A stretch of 63,239 nt of DNA, filler included, from Octopus bimaculoides (GCF_001194135.2; 9 parts of 7 records of this genome joined end to end with filler, not necessarily neighbours in it), one strand, 5' to 3'. Positions 37,291 to 50,544 are shown, counted from the first letter of the whole stretch. Notes: a model not told the origin generated them from the sequence alone. Made by a program: numbers and translations.

Positions 37291-38165
37291 GATCTGTCAG
37301 TTACCTGTCTGACGAGAAAAAAATGGTATCAGATGTATCTCTACTAGATTTTAAACCAATGTGTGCGTGCGCATATATGTATTTAGCGAATTTGCAGTGC
37401 GGAAAAAAGAAAAGTATATATATCAAAAAGAAAAAATGAAACAATAACAAAATCAAAGAAGCATTTTCTTTTTTTTTGCATAAGTTAACCTTGGAGGTAA
37501 CTATCTTCTAGGTAGAGCTCTGAGAAGTAATCGCTTACTTCGCATAAAAACAACAAAAAACCTTCTTCCACATCGTCATCATCGTCGTTGTCATCATCAT
37601 CATCCTCATCATCATCATCATCATCATCATCCTCATCATCATACTTATCTCCTAATAACCAAATCATTGCGCAAAACATTTTACTGTTAATTTTGATTAT
37701 AGCTCTAACCTGATTGACCTTACAGTGGGGAAAAAAAAGTTTCATGCTGATAACCAAAGATAACTTAAAGACGAGAATGCTCTTTAGATTAGATCTCTAA
37801 TGTTCCATCTGGTAATTACACTTCAGAAGTTTTGGCTTAGTATTTACTTCTTTCATAGATTTGATTATATTTCGAGCGAAGAGACCTTTGATAATATTTA
37901 ACACAGTAAACAGAAAAAAAAACAAAACTTTATTGTATTTTTGTATTTAGACTTTCACATTTCTATTTATAACCTTTTAAGAATTTAATTAGTTACTTTA
38001 TGTTCTGTATTTGTGGCGATTGTAGATTATCCAAACGGCTATCTAATGCCTGATGCTTAATACGGGTTCTGATATTTGTATGTATGTATGTATGTATGTA
38101 TGTTTTTGTATTAATTTTTGGATATGTATATGTATATATGTGTGTGTGTGTGTGCATGTGTATGT

Positions 38166-38375
38166 CTTTTAGTCTTTTACTTGTTTCAGTCATTTGACTG
38201 CGGCCATGCTGGAGCACCGCCTTTAGTCGAGCACATCGACCCCAGGACTTATTCTTTGTAAGCCTAATACTTATTATATCGGTCTATTTTTGCCGAACCG
38301 CTAAGTTACGGGGACGTAAACACACCCCCATCGGTTGTCAAGTGATGTTGGGGGGACAACATAGACACACACATA
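38166..38375 (-). mobile_element. SINE family A, 3' half
   Basis: TTTTACTTGTTTCAGTCATTTGACTGCGGCCATGCTGGAGCACCGCC ... GATGTTGGGGGGAC. Confidence 0.88.
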
Positions 38376-38766
38376 CATACATATATATATATATATATAT
38401 TCGATTAGAGGTTGTGTTAACCATATGAAGAAGTATACTGGTTGAATATCTGATATTTTGAGAGAATTAACTTCCATAAAATAATAGGTATATATTTATA
38501 GTTTATATTCATATAAAAGAAGAAAAAGAAAATGGTGATTGGGAAGTTAATAATTGTTTATTATTAATAATAATTCAATCATCATCCCTTACAGCTATTT
38601 CAATTAATACTCAGTGAATCTAATTAAATATTAAATTCATATGACCTGAGCATATCTTCAGAAGGGAAAAAAATTACCTTTGGATGTTTTATATGTGTTT
38701 ATGGATTCATTATAGTGTGCACATGCACATATAGAAATATATACATGCTCATATACATTTATACGT

Positions 38767-38846
<80 letters not shown>

Positions 38847-40290
38847 GTATAGATGAAAAAGGATTACAGATCTATACAAAACATTTTTATTTATGAAATA
38901 TGGAGGTGGAAATAGCACACTTAAGAGGGAATTTTAAAAAAATGATTTTAAAAAATTGTATAAAGAAAATATTACTAGTNNNNNNNNNNNNNNNNNNNNN
39001 NNNNNNNNNNNNNNNNNNNNNNNNNNNNNNNNNNNNNNNNNNNNNNNNNNNNNNNNNNNNNNNNNNNNNNNNNNNNNNNNNNNNNNNNNNNNNNNNNNNN
39101 NNNNNNNNNNNNNNNNNNNNNNNNNNNNNNNNNNNNNNNNNNNNNNNNNNNNNNNNNNNNNNNNNNNNNNNNNNNNNNNNNNNNNNNNNNNNNNNNNNNN
39201 NNNNNNNNNNNNNNNNNNNNNNNNNNNNNNNNNNNNNNNNNNNNNNNNNNNNNNNNNNNNNNNNNNNNNNNNNNNNNNNNNNNNNNNNNNNNNNNNNNNN
39301 NNNNNNNNNNNNNNNNNNNNNNNNNNNNNNNNNNNNNNNNNNNNNNNNNNNNNNNNNNNNNNNNNNNNNNNNNNNNNNNNNNNNNNNNNNNNNNNNNNNN
39401 NNNNNNNNNNNNNNNNNNNNNNNNNNNNNNNNNNNNNNNNNNNNNNNNNNNNNNNNNNNNNNNNNNNNNNNNNNNNNNNNNNNNNNNNNNNNNNNNNNNN
39501 NNNNNNNNNNNNNNNNNNNNNNNNNNNNNNNNNNNNNNNNNNNNNNNNNNNNNNNNNNNNNNNNNNNNNNNNNNNNNNNNNNNNNNNNNNNNNNNNNNNN
39601 NNNNNNNNNNNNNNNNNNNNNNNNNNNNNNNNNNNNNNNNNNNNNNNNNNNNNNNNNNNNNNNNNNNNNNNNNNNNNNNNNNNNNNNNNNNNNNNNNNNN
39701 NNNNNNNNNNNNNNNNNNNNNNNNNNNNNNNNNNNNNNNNNNNNNNNNNNNNNNNNNNNNNNNNNNNNNNNNNNNNNNNNNNNNNNNNNNNNNNNNNNNN
39801 NNNNNNNNNNNNNNNNNNNNNNNNNNNNNNNNNNNNNNNNNNNNNNNNNNNNNNNNNNNNNNNNNNNNNNNNNNNNNNNNNNNATATATATACATATATT
39901 TATATATATACATACATATATGCATATATGTATGTGTGCATGCATGTGTATTGTTAATGCCCTGTCATAACCCTTCCAGGTCTTCTGAATTTCCTATTTC
40001 TTAAATACTCTTTCTATCCCTCCTGTTCCACTCGTTTATTTGATTTCTTTTTCTTCTTTCATTTGCGAGCTTTTTATTTCCATTGACGACGACTTCTGCA
40101 TCATCTGTTAACAAGGGGCATACCTGCTGAGCGCACGAACATTGTCTTCATTCAGAAATGCAATCATCTCATCCTCGCCATCATCATCATCGAGAACTTC
40201 ATCATCGTCGTCGTCGTCGTCGTCGTCATCGTCATCATCATCATCATCATCAACATCCTTCCATCCTCCTCCTCCTCCTCCTCCTCCCCC

Positions 40291-40390
40291 NNNNNNNNNN
40301 NNNNNNNNNNNNNNNNNNNNNNNNNNNNNNNNNNTTAATTAATTAANNNNNNNNNNNNNNNNNNNNNNNNNNNNNNNNNNNNNNNNNNNN
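40291..40390. other. Artificial scaffold-joining linker
   Basis: Same cassette; 12-mer at 40335-40346. Confidence 0.97.
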
Positions 40391-40959
40391 CTGTTGTATT
40401 CGATTTTTTCTCTGTTATTGTTTTTGTTTCTATTGCTTGTCCTCATGTGTTCGTTTTTGCTGTTGTTGTTGCTGTTGGTGTTCATGGGATTGCAGTTGTC
40501 TTTGTTGCTACGGCTGTTGTTGCTACGGCTGTTGTTGTTGCTGCTGCTGTGGTTATTGTTGGTATTGTTGTTGTCGTGATTGTTTTCATCCATGTTGTTG
40601 TTGCTGCGGTTATCGTTGGTATTGTTGTTGTTGTGATTCTCGTCATTCATGTTGTTGCTGCGGTTATTGTTGTTGTTGTCATTCGTGGTGTTGCTGTTGT
40701 TGTTGTTGTCATTCGTGTTATTGCTGCGGTTATTGCTGTTGTTGTCACTCGTGTTGTTGCTGTTGTTGTTCTTGTACATGTTTAAATTCGAACGTATTTT
40801 TGTGAACGACTTTTCGATTTCGGAGAGGCATTGGATGGGGTTAACCTTGTGATATATCGCATATTTCGGTGGTAGTTGAGGTAGCGATTTTTCATCTGGG
40901 TCTGTTGTTATTCCACCATAGATGTTGGCTTCGTTGTCTCTGTTGAACTCTGCTGGTAG
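40391..40959 (-). mobile_element. Open frame of about 189 codons; probable Penelope-like N-terminal region followed by an Asn-rich tract; both ends lost in gaps
   Basis: LPAEFNRDNEANIYGGITTDPDEKSLPQLPPKYAIYHKVNPIQCLSEIEKSFTKIRSNLNMYKNNNSNN... with no stop. The IYG...DE..L.LPPKYA.Y..V.....EIEK...K.R pattern is recalled from invertebrate Penelope-like ORFs and has not been verified. Confidence 0.5.
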
Positions 40960-41742
40960 ANNNNNNNNNNNNNNNNNNNNNNNNNNNNNNNNNNNNNNNN
41001 NNNNNNNNNNNNNNNNNNNNNNNNNNNNNNNNNNNNNNNNNNNNNNNNNNNNNNNNNNNNTAACTGTATGTATACATGATTTGCGTATCTTTCAAGTGAG
41101 TAATTGTGCCTATAGCTATCTTATTAACACTTGCCAGAATTGTTTTATAGATAAACATTGCAGACATATAAGAAGCTGCTGGCGCCATTCCCTCCGTTTA
41201 TATCCGATCCTTGTTACATGAATGAATAACATTTGAAGTATCATAACTTATGTATACGAAGTATCTTACAACGTTTGACAACGTCGTAACAGAGTTTTGT
41301 ATAGTCCACAACAAGCGAATATTCAAGTGGGTACTATCAGAATCATAAAAACGTGTGTTAGTAAAATCCACATATTTAGCACTAGCTCTCTATGTACCGA
41401 GTTTATTTCTCATGAGATCTACTTTATCATCATCCTTTCCTGGTCGATTTCGAAGACAGCATTCCAGAGTGTCACGTTGGTGGAATTATTAGATAGTCAA
41501 GCAATATATCTCATTTGTGAGACGATTTCGGACAGTCGCCTATTTTGCGGCAGTGATTCGACGCTGACTTATTTGACATTAGATATTCTAATGTCTCTCC
41601 CATTTCAATATTTATCTTATTCACAGTCAGTTTCTCTCTTTTTACATTTTTTTCTTCTCTTTGTTCGTGTATGCGAGCATATTACTCTTTATGTGTATGG
41701 AGAAAGAAAAAGTGTTTATATCAAACCTGCCATTGTAATGTT

Positions 41743-41804
<62 letters not shown>

Positions 41805-41954
41805 GCTCTTTACCTGTATCATTACTTTTCTGCATGTGTGCACGTGTGTTTCCTTCCAGTGCCAAAACGTACTGTCGCTAAAACACATTGAGTCCACTCA
41901 CTTCATGCTATTATGCTGTCTGTCGTTCATATTTGTCCTTCGTTTTCAATAGTT

Positions 41955-42035
41955 ACCACAATGCAACGTCCAGTCTGGGACTCGAACCCACAATCTCGCA
42001 ATCGTGAGTGCAACGCCTTAACCATTAGGTAACAC
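41955..42035 (-). mobile_element. Isolated tRNA-like SINE head
   Basis: Minus strand GTGTTACCTAATGGTTAAGGCG...GGGTTCGAGTCCCAGACTGGACGTTGCATTGTG; continues into SINE body rather than closing an acceptor stem. Confidence 0.6.
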
Positions 42036-42544
42036 TGAGAGCTTATCCATGTGTATACACACCATTTGTCAAGAAACGGGATATATTTTCAGTGACAAAA
42101 TATTGTGTGTAGTGAGTAGCTTCGTCACCGATTCGAACGTGCTTCAAGCGTATTCGAACTGATAATAACATTAGAATCTTATTTATCACTGTTAAGCGCT
42201 CCCCCTTTCTAATTTACTTACGACGAGCCGCCGCCGCACATCGCTGCCAGTCGCCGTATGGCAACTGGAAAGGAATAGCAGAGTCAGTTTCTTCAATAAC
42301 CTCGTAGCACCGCCTGCCTGGTGTGTTGAACGAAGGGGAGATAACTACTCCAAAAAGCTTGCATCTCACGGTCTAGATAGGTGGCAGTGCGAGCTAATGT
42401 AGGTGTCTGCACACCATTTGTCAACAAGCGAGATATATCTTCAGTGACAAAACGCAGTGAGTAACTTGTTCACTGGTTCGAACTTGCTTCAAGCGTATTC
42501 GGACTAATTATAACATTAGAATTTCACTCATCAATGCTTAGCGC

Positions 42545-42907
42545 TTCCTACCGACCACATGGTTCCGGGTTCAGTCCCACTACGTGTCACCTTGGGCAAG
42601 TGTCTTCTACTATAGCCTCGGGCCGACCAAAGCCTTGTGAGTGGATTTGGTAGACGGTAACTGAAAGAAGGCCGTCGTATATATATGTATATATATATAT
42701 ATGTGTATGTTTGTGTGTCTGTGTTCGTTCCCCCAACATCGCTTGACAACCGATGCTTGTGTGTTTACGTCCCCGTAACTTAGCGGTTCGGCAAAAGGGA
42801 CCGATAGAATAAGTACCAGGATTACAAAGAATGTCCTGGGGTCGATTTGCTCGACTAAAGACCGTGCTCCAGCATGGCCGCAGTCAAATGACTGAAACAA
42901 GTAAAGA

Positions 42908-42908
<1 letters not shown>
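42545..42908 (+). mobile_element. SINE family A, slightly 5'-truncated
   Basis: ACCACATGGTTCCGGGTTCAGTCCC through GACTGAAACAAGTAAAGAG, followed by (AT)n. Confidence 0.9.
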
Positions 42909-43006
<98 letters not shown>

Positions 43007-43627
43007 AGAGAGGGAGGGAAATAATTTTATCCTCAAACGCAGGATACGCTGACAGATTTTTTTGCAAAATATGGATATTGTATCCTGTTCAGGCTTTAAT
43101 CTGTATCTTTCAATACATCTCAATGCTTCTGAAGCAAACTTTGTTGACGTTCAACCTAAGTTGAATTTAATAATACATATATACATATTGTACGTACTTT
43201 TTCATCAACCCCCTTTATAATGAAGAGAAAAGACAATATTTTGCAGACAAAAACAACAGCAACACTTATTATTTCAAAGTGATTTGTATGTTGGGATTTA
43301 TACTGTCATATTACTATTTATACTATTTATAGTACTTAAAATGAATGGTACTTAAAATAGGTGCAGTCTAACTGAGCTTAATTTAAATAGTTTTCGATCA
43401 TTAGGAAACACTTTGGTTTTTCATATGGAGACTAACAATGTTATCTTTGTTTTCAGCCATGATATACTTCAGATGCTTGATTGCTTTTTGAATATCATAT
43501 GACTGGGTGGGACTTAAATTCATTTATCAGCATTATGAACAAGTTGTCTCTTGAATTTCAGTAAGTAGAAGATAAATGTATGTGAATCACATCTACCATT
43601 TAATGTCACCCTAGATACGATATATAT

Positions 43628-43686
<59 letters not shown>

Positions 43687-43714
43687 GTTATAAATATATA
43701 AATATATATACATT

Positions 43715-43814
43715 NNNNNNNNNNNNNNNNNNNNNNNNNNNNNNNNNNNNNNNNNNNNTTAATTAATTAANNNNNNNNNNNNNNNNNNNNNNNNNNNNNN
43801 NNNNNNNNNNNNNN
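43715..43814. other. Artificial scaffold-joining linker
   Basis: Same cassette; 12-mer at 43759-43770. Confidence 0.97.
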
Positions 43815-43856
<42 letters not shown>

Positions 43857-44734
43857 GACAAACCAAACAAATTAATGAAACTTTGTCAGAAGTCCAAAAA
43901 CTGTCAGCAAAATGATGCTTGAGCTAATCCTTCCCAGACAGTGCAGCCAACCAAAATTCTTTCCGAAGTTAGTGGTCCATCAAGAAGAAAATAGTTTCCA
44001 AGATCAATCTGTATGCTAGATTTACACTCCATTATTGAACATTATTGAAAAACCAATTTAATACTAAATATATATATACAAACTTTTAATATTTTTTCAC
44101 TTCATCCACTGCAAATGGCGAAGCTCACAAAGGAAGAATTAATGAAACAGATTGTGAAAATCGTTAAACTACACGAAATAGAAAACTTGGGCGCTGAATC
44201 AATCGTCTCGTTTACTTTTCTAGTCAGGAAAGGAATAAAAATTTGATGGATGCGAAGACGGACGTAAGGACTTGTTCAAACATACTGTTTAGACTTCCTG
44301 TTTAACCGCCAATCCGTGTTGTATTGATATTACCTGTATAATGTTGAGGGCCTTCTATACTATGAGAAGGGGAAAAATATACAGTTGAGGTCAATAATGG
44401 CAGATAAACATTTATCTGAACAGTACCTGATGAGCATTCATCGATCAAAAGTTGCTGGGAGGGGGGGTTTCCGGATGAAATATCCAGCCCGGGGTTAACT
44501 TTGCGTTTCGTCTACCGGAGTCGATAAAATAAAGTACCAATCCAGCATAGAGGTAAATGTTATCGATTAAACATCCATCTCAAAGTTGCCATCCTTATAT
44601 CTAAATTAGAAACTGTTGTTGCTTTGTCTTGAGGTAAATTGAAAGGGTTTCGTCCAACTCCAAATTGTGGATTTTTGCCAGATAAAAACTAGATGGGAAT
44701 TTAGTTTTGTTTTTCTTCTTGCTTTTTGGTGGGA

Positions 44735-44921
44735 GTGGGGATTTAGCTGGCGGAAACTGAAAAAAACTCGTGTGTGTGTATTTCTTTGTGTTTCTTCCCC
44801 TACTGCCGCTTGATAGCCGGTGTTGGTTTGTTTACGTCCACGTAACTTAGCTGTTCAGCAATAAGAGACGTGCTCCAGAATAATCCGCGGCCCAATATCT
44901 GAAACGAGTAGAGGATAAAAG
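44735..44921 (+). mobile_element. SINE family A-related, old copy
   Basis: GGCGGAAACTGAAA ... GGTTTGTTTACGTCCACGTAACTTAGC ... TCTGAAACGAGTA. Confidence 0.6.
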
Positions 44922-46985
44922 GTAAGTTAGTCGGTCAAGTTATGCTATAGAATGGTTTTTATATGTGTGTGTGTGTGTCTGTATTTATGTATATATGTAT
45001 TGGTGCATACATGCAGGCATGTTGCGTATGTGCAAATATGCATGTGTGTGTATGTTTGCAGGCGTGAGTGTGTGTGTGTGTGTGTGTGTGTGTATATTTG
45101 CATGCGTCTGTATAGATGTACATATATATACATATGTATATATGTATATGTATGCCTCTGTATATATGTATTGGTGCATACATGCAGGCTTGCTGTGTGT
45201 GTGTGTATATTTGCAGGCGTCTGTGGATAAGTATGTATATTTGTATGCATGTGTGGATATGTTTGTATGTGTGTGTATATGTTTATATATGTGTGCGTGC
45301 ATATTTTATGTATGTATATTTTATGTGTATGTGAATATTTGAGTATGTTTTTGTGTGTGTGTGTGCGTGGGTGTTTGTGTTTTAGAAAATCATTTGAATA
45401 ATGTATGTTGCAAATGTTCGTGTCAACAGAAATCTTGTGTGTTGAAGAATCAAAAGGTGTAGTATAAGATAATTGACAGCAACGGTGACTCAATGAAAAT
45501 AACTTGCGTGTTACTAAATTGGCAGAAGTGTTTCTAAGTGATTTCTCGTTCAGATTAAAGTACTTCGTGATTAAGATAACCGATGTTGACCGCTAACCGA
45601 ATGAGAGAGAGAGAGGGAGAGAGAGAAAGGGGATGATTAAGACAACTTAGCTATAACTATCAACAGTAGAAGATGGAGATTTGTCTGGTGTCAAATGATT
45701 GAGCCAAAAGAGAGCGAAAGAGTTTGTGCTGTATATTTTTGGGGGTTTTTTTCGTGTATTTATTTTTCTTTGAGTGTCAAATCAAGTTTACACTGACTAT
45801 AGGATTCTGATTTGGTAAAATATACGATGGACCAAAGTTCCTAATTACTAATTGGTTTAACTAACATAGGTGACTATGGTGAACCAAAATCCATTTGTTT
45901 TGTAGGAGACGCCTACTGAAATATAGATACACACAGGTTGCCAGCTTGCGGTGGGCGGTCATCAAAGTCCCAACAAATGCAGGAAACGATGTTATCTATT
46001 CAGTGGACAAGCATAAACCCAGTGTGATGTGTCGGCAATGAGTTTTCCTGCTCAATTAACTGAGCTACGAGCTCATGTAAGTGGCTGAGTATTTTGTATT
46101 TGTGCGCTTAGCTTAATCCTCAAGGCCAAATCATCGTTACAAGGCTTTGCTCTTTCAAATACAATAAAATTCCTTCTGGGAGACTTCCATACAGTTTTAA
46201 TCTCCCCAGTTCCATTGATAAGGCTTGAGATGACTCATAGCTGTGATAAAAAGATACTCAAGATGCTTTGCTTTGAAATCAGACCTGCAACCTCTTAACC
46301 ACTCACTCACATCTGCATCACGAACCGAACCTCTTAACCACTAGTTCACACCTGCGTCCAGCTTCTTTACAATATTCCAGTATTGTCTCTAGAAAGTGAA
46401 ATGTCTTCATTTCACTCCGTCTGCTTCAAGGCGAAACACGGCATATTTTAATCCATCAAAGATTTAGTAAAGTCTATATTTAGACAGACTATTCTTCAGA
46501 GACGTTCTTATTCAATTCTGTGATGCTGGCTGGACCAGTAGAAATAGTTGTTTGGCGACTAATGTCTATGATTCCGAAGACATGAGAGAAAAACAATGAC
46601 AAGCACAACATGAACGAACTTTCGGTGAAAGTTTTTAATTAGATTAATTAAACTATTAACTATTGCAATTAATACGAGTTACACAACTCAATTACTAATA
46701 GACTGCGTAGAGAAGGGTTGGGGAACGCCGTGCAGCAGAAGGCCATGGTATTGTCATTCTTGTTGTTATTACATTTGTTGTTGAAGTTGCTGTTTCTAGC
46801 TGTTTAAGTGATTACTTAGAAGCGTTCTTTCTTTGACTTGAGACATCAGAACAGAGATGGTTCGGATCCACTTGACTTTGCGGTACACACTTAACTAAAG
46901 ACGAGATCTCACAGGTCGAATAAGGACGATTATTCTGAAATACAACCTTATTTATAATATAGGCCAAAGCAAACGGATAAGGGAG

Positions 46986-47025
<40 letters not shown>

Positions 47026-47908
47026 CAACTTTACTAATGTTAGCAAAATTTGTGTGCAAAGACGCGTTAGGAGAAAACGTATCCTCATAGTAATATATAT
47101 ATATATATCATGAGGGTAGAAATTAATATTATTAATTAATATCAGTTTAAACCAGTGGCCTAGCATACTTAAAAAAAGATATCCGAAGACTGTGAATTAT
47201 ATTACATATAGAAATAAGAGGAACAGCCACCAAGGTGGATTCTTAATATGCTAGAAGATGCCAAATCTTCTTACCACAAAGAATATGTTCTCCAACACCC
47301 TAACCACTAAGCCACAAGTTGTCTACTGATGAGCCGCGTTTTCCTTCCACTTGGTTTCAGTTCCGGATTGCTTACCCGTCGTTCCGTCATTCACATCGCC
47401 AATAATATTAAGATAGACACGTAGGATAGTCGTGTATATGAATATTGCGTGTGTGAGTGGGTACATGGTGTGTGGGTGGGTGTATATATATCCGTTCAAC
47501 TCTGAAAATGGGACAATGATAAACTTCTGGATTAAAAAAATATATAGCTATAGAAATCAGTGTCTCGTAATAAATAATTAAATTACTATTTTCTATAGCA
47601 TTGTTTCATAACTATCGTTATTTCTATATTTTTTTCTTCGTCTCAATCATTTTATTAAGTTTTGCGTGCAAATATATTCTTCATTAAGATTTATTGTAAT
47701 GTTCTCGTGTTTTTTTCCTTTGCTAAATAGTATAATTATTAGCGCAAGGACTTGCTCTATTTTGGGTTTGATGGTTCCCATTAGACGAAATATAAACATT
47801 TGTTTCTGTCCAAACAGGAAATTGTTTTTTACTTTTTTTTTTTTTGCCCCTCTAACAATGAAGGTCATAGTAGCTTCAGGGACCGTTAATGAAATAAAGA
47901 TCCTACTT

Positions 47909-48008
47909 NNNNNNNNNNNNNNNNNNNNNNNNNNNNNNNNNNNNNNNNNNNNTTAATTAATTAANNNNNNNNNNNNNNNNNNNNNNNNNNNNNNNNNNNN
48001 NNNNNNNN
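47909..48008. other. Artificial scaffold-joining linker
   Basis: Same cassette; 12-mer at 47953-47964. Confidence 0.97.
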
Positions 48009-48040
<32 letters not shown>

Positions 48041-49401
48041 CGTATATGTGTGTATCTATGTGTATCTATGTGTATCTATGTATGTGTGTATATGTGTACG
48101 TCCGTATACATACAGGTACATTTATAAAGATGTGCTATGTGCGTGTGTGTTTGTGCGCATGCGCTTGTGTGTGAGTATGTGTGTAAGCAGACTACAGCCA
48201 AATCTTTACGTTCATTTCCCATGCACGAGGTTTGGGGTTCGATCCGTCTGCCCTTTTCCATAATGTCGGTTCGACCTATACGTTGTATAGCAAATCTGAC
48301 AGATGGCAACCGTACAAAAAAAAAACTGTTAGAAGTATTATACGTGTAATTGTAAAATTACATCTTCATCTCACACACTGCAAGGTTGATTCGGCCTGGC
48401 AATCGTATTTGAATTCTCGGTCATTTAAACGTTCTTCTGGAGATAATTCCATTCTTTGAACAATAAAATTCCCATTGTCGAAGGACGAAGATCTACCCCA
48501 CACTGACACATAGACCACTTAACTATCGATAAAGTAGCAAATAAATAAGTGTTATGCACAATGAACTTTATTATTGTTTTGAGAATATGTCACACAAATC
48601 AACTCCCATGAATGAAAAAAAAAATTTGAAACCTACTAATGATAGCTAAATGATAGCCAAATCAATGTTAACGAAATATAAGTATACTACAACATGTCGA
48701 AGTCCAAATATCAGAGTGGAAGAGCAAAGAACAACATGGCACAGCAACATTTGGATTCACCTATCAGGATGAAGTCTAAAATTTTGGTAAGTCGGAAGAT
48801 CAATGTAGGAGAATTATCCGAAGAGAACTTCAACTGCAATCACTCCTCATTGTAAGAGATATGTGTTCAAAGTAAAGTTTGAACTCTACTGTAACTGCCG
48901 AGGACTGCTGATGAAATGTGTCGTATTTTTACACGACTATGCACTTATTCTGCCATCCATACTGGGATGTGATATTTTATACAGCCTACACCATACAGTC
49001 ATTAAGGCTATATTATCTGTTTCTCATATTTGTGGACACTTCGGAACCAATATCTGAAGAAGCTCATAGGTATCTTACCTTCAGAGAATTTAAAGAGGAA
49101 TTACTTGTGCTGAAAAGTAACTATATTAAGTAATTGTGTACTCGCAATTTAAAGATTTCCATTGTAATTAAATTAAAAGAAAAATAATGGAAACGGATCA
49201 TTAGAAGCTACTGCTCTTTGGAGCAAACCGAAAGCAGAATAACGAAAACGTAATAACGATAATAACTTAATTGTCGTCATATATGTCTGCGTGTATGTAA
49301 GTGTATATATGCATGCATATATGTATGAATTCTATATCTATATCTGTATGTGTGAGAGTGTATGGATGTATGTATACATATACATACATATATGTATATA
49401 C

Positions 49402-49437
<36 letters not shown>

Positions 49438-49962
49438 GTATGTATGTATGTATTATGTATGTATGTATTATGTATGTATGTATATGTATATATTTATATG
49501 TATGTAATGTACATATATATATATATATATATNNNNNNNNNNNNNNNNNNNNNNNNNNNNNNNNNNNNNNNNNNNNNNNNNNNNNNNNNNNNNNNNNNNN
49601 NNNNNNNNNNNNNNNNNNNNNNNNNNNNNNNNNNNNNNNNNNNNNNNNNNNNNNNNNNNNNNNNNNNNNNNNNNNNNNNNNNNNNNNNNNNNNNNNNNNN
49701 NNNNNNNNNNNNNNNNNNNNNNNNNNNNNNNNNNNNNNNNNNNNNNNNNNNNNNNNNNNNNNNNNNNNNNNNNNNNNNNNNNNNNNNNNNNNNNNNNNNN
49801 NNNNNNNNNNNNNNNNNNNNNNNNNNNNNNNNNNNNNNNNNNNNNNNNNNNNNNNNNNNNNNNNNNNNNNNNNNNNNNNNNNNNNNNNNNNNNNNNNNNN
49901 NNNNNNNNNNNNNNNNNNNNNNNNNNNNNNNNNNNNNNNNNNNNNNNNNNNNNNNNNNNNNN

Positions 49963-50246
49963 CCACAGACACATGTACCCTTAACGTAGTTCTCGGGGAT
50001 ATTCAGCGTGACACAGTGTGACAAGGTTAGCCCTTTGAATTACAGGCACAACAGAGACAGGAAGTAAGAGTGAGAGAAAGTTGTGGTGAAAGAGTACAGC
50101 AGGGTTCGCAACCATCCCCTGCCGGAGCCTCGTGGAGCTTTAGGTGTTTTCGCTTAATAAACACTCACAACGCTCGGTCTGGGAATCGAAACCGCGATCC
50201 TATGACTGCGAGTCCGCTGCCCTAAACACTGGGCTATTGCGCCTCC
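49963..50246 (-). mobile_element. SINE family C (long, tRNA-Arg-like head); 3' part in the gap
   Basis: Reverse complement of GGAGGCGCAAT.GCCCAGTG.TTAGGG...GGTTTCGATTCC through GGTACA.GTGTCTGTGG. Confidence 0.9.
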
Positions 50247-50280
50247 TATATTCTTTATATCATTTATTTATTTACCAAAA

Positions 50281-50468
50281 CGACGATCTGGCAGATTCAT
50301 TATCACGCTAACCAAAAATCTTTAGCGGCATTTCGTCTCTCTTTACGTTCTGAGTTCAGATTTCACTGGACTCGAATTTGCCCTTCATCTTTTTTGGGCG
50401 GTGGGGTCGATATTACCAATTACCCCTTCCCCACAGAATTGCAAGCGTTATGTCTCTAGTAGAAAGGA
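50281..50468 (+). mobile_element. SINE family B, diverged, lying between two inverted SINE C copies
   Basis: TGGCAGATTCATTATCACGC ... ACGTTCTGAGTTCAGATTTC ... TAGTAGAAAGG. Confidence 0.7.
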
Positions 50469-50544
50469 AAATTTATTATTTCTATTTGATCAAAGACTAT
50501 AATGTATGATTTGTTGGAAATGTGCTTAGTATTTCTCTGACAGT

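Noticed and set aside
41955-42035. Possible second tRNA gene
   Set aside because: A and B boxes are present but the 3' side continues into SINE body and no acceptor stem closes.
44965-45300. Two copies of TATATGTATTGGTGCATACATGCAGG within a degenerate TG/TA tract
   Set aside because: Ordinary higher-order duplication inside a microsatellite.
48690-48860. Open frames ending at a strong TTG|GTAAGT donor (48787), and a GKSEDQCRRIIRRELQL peptide
   Set aside because: All three frames are partly open and no acceptor is clear; it could be a Tc1/mariner-like fossil. Neither reading is supportable.
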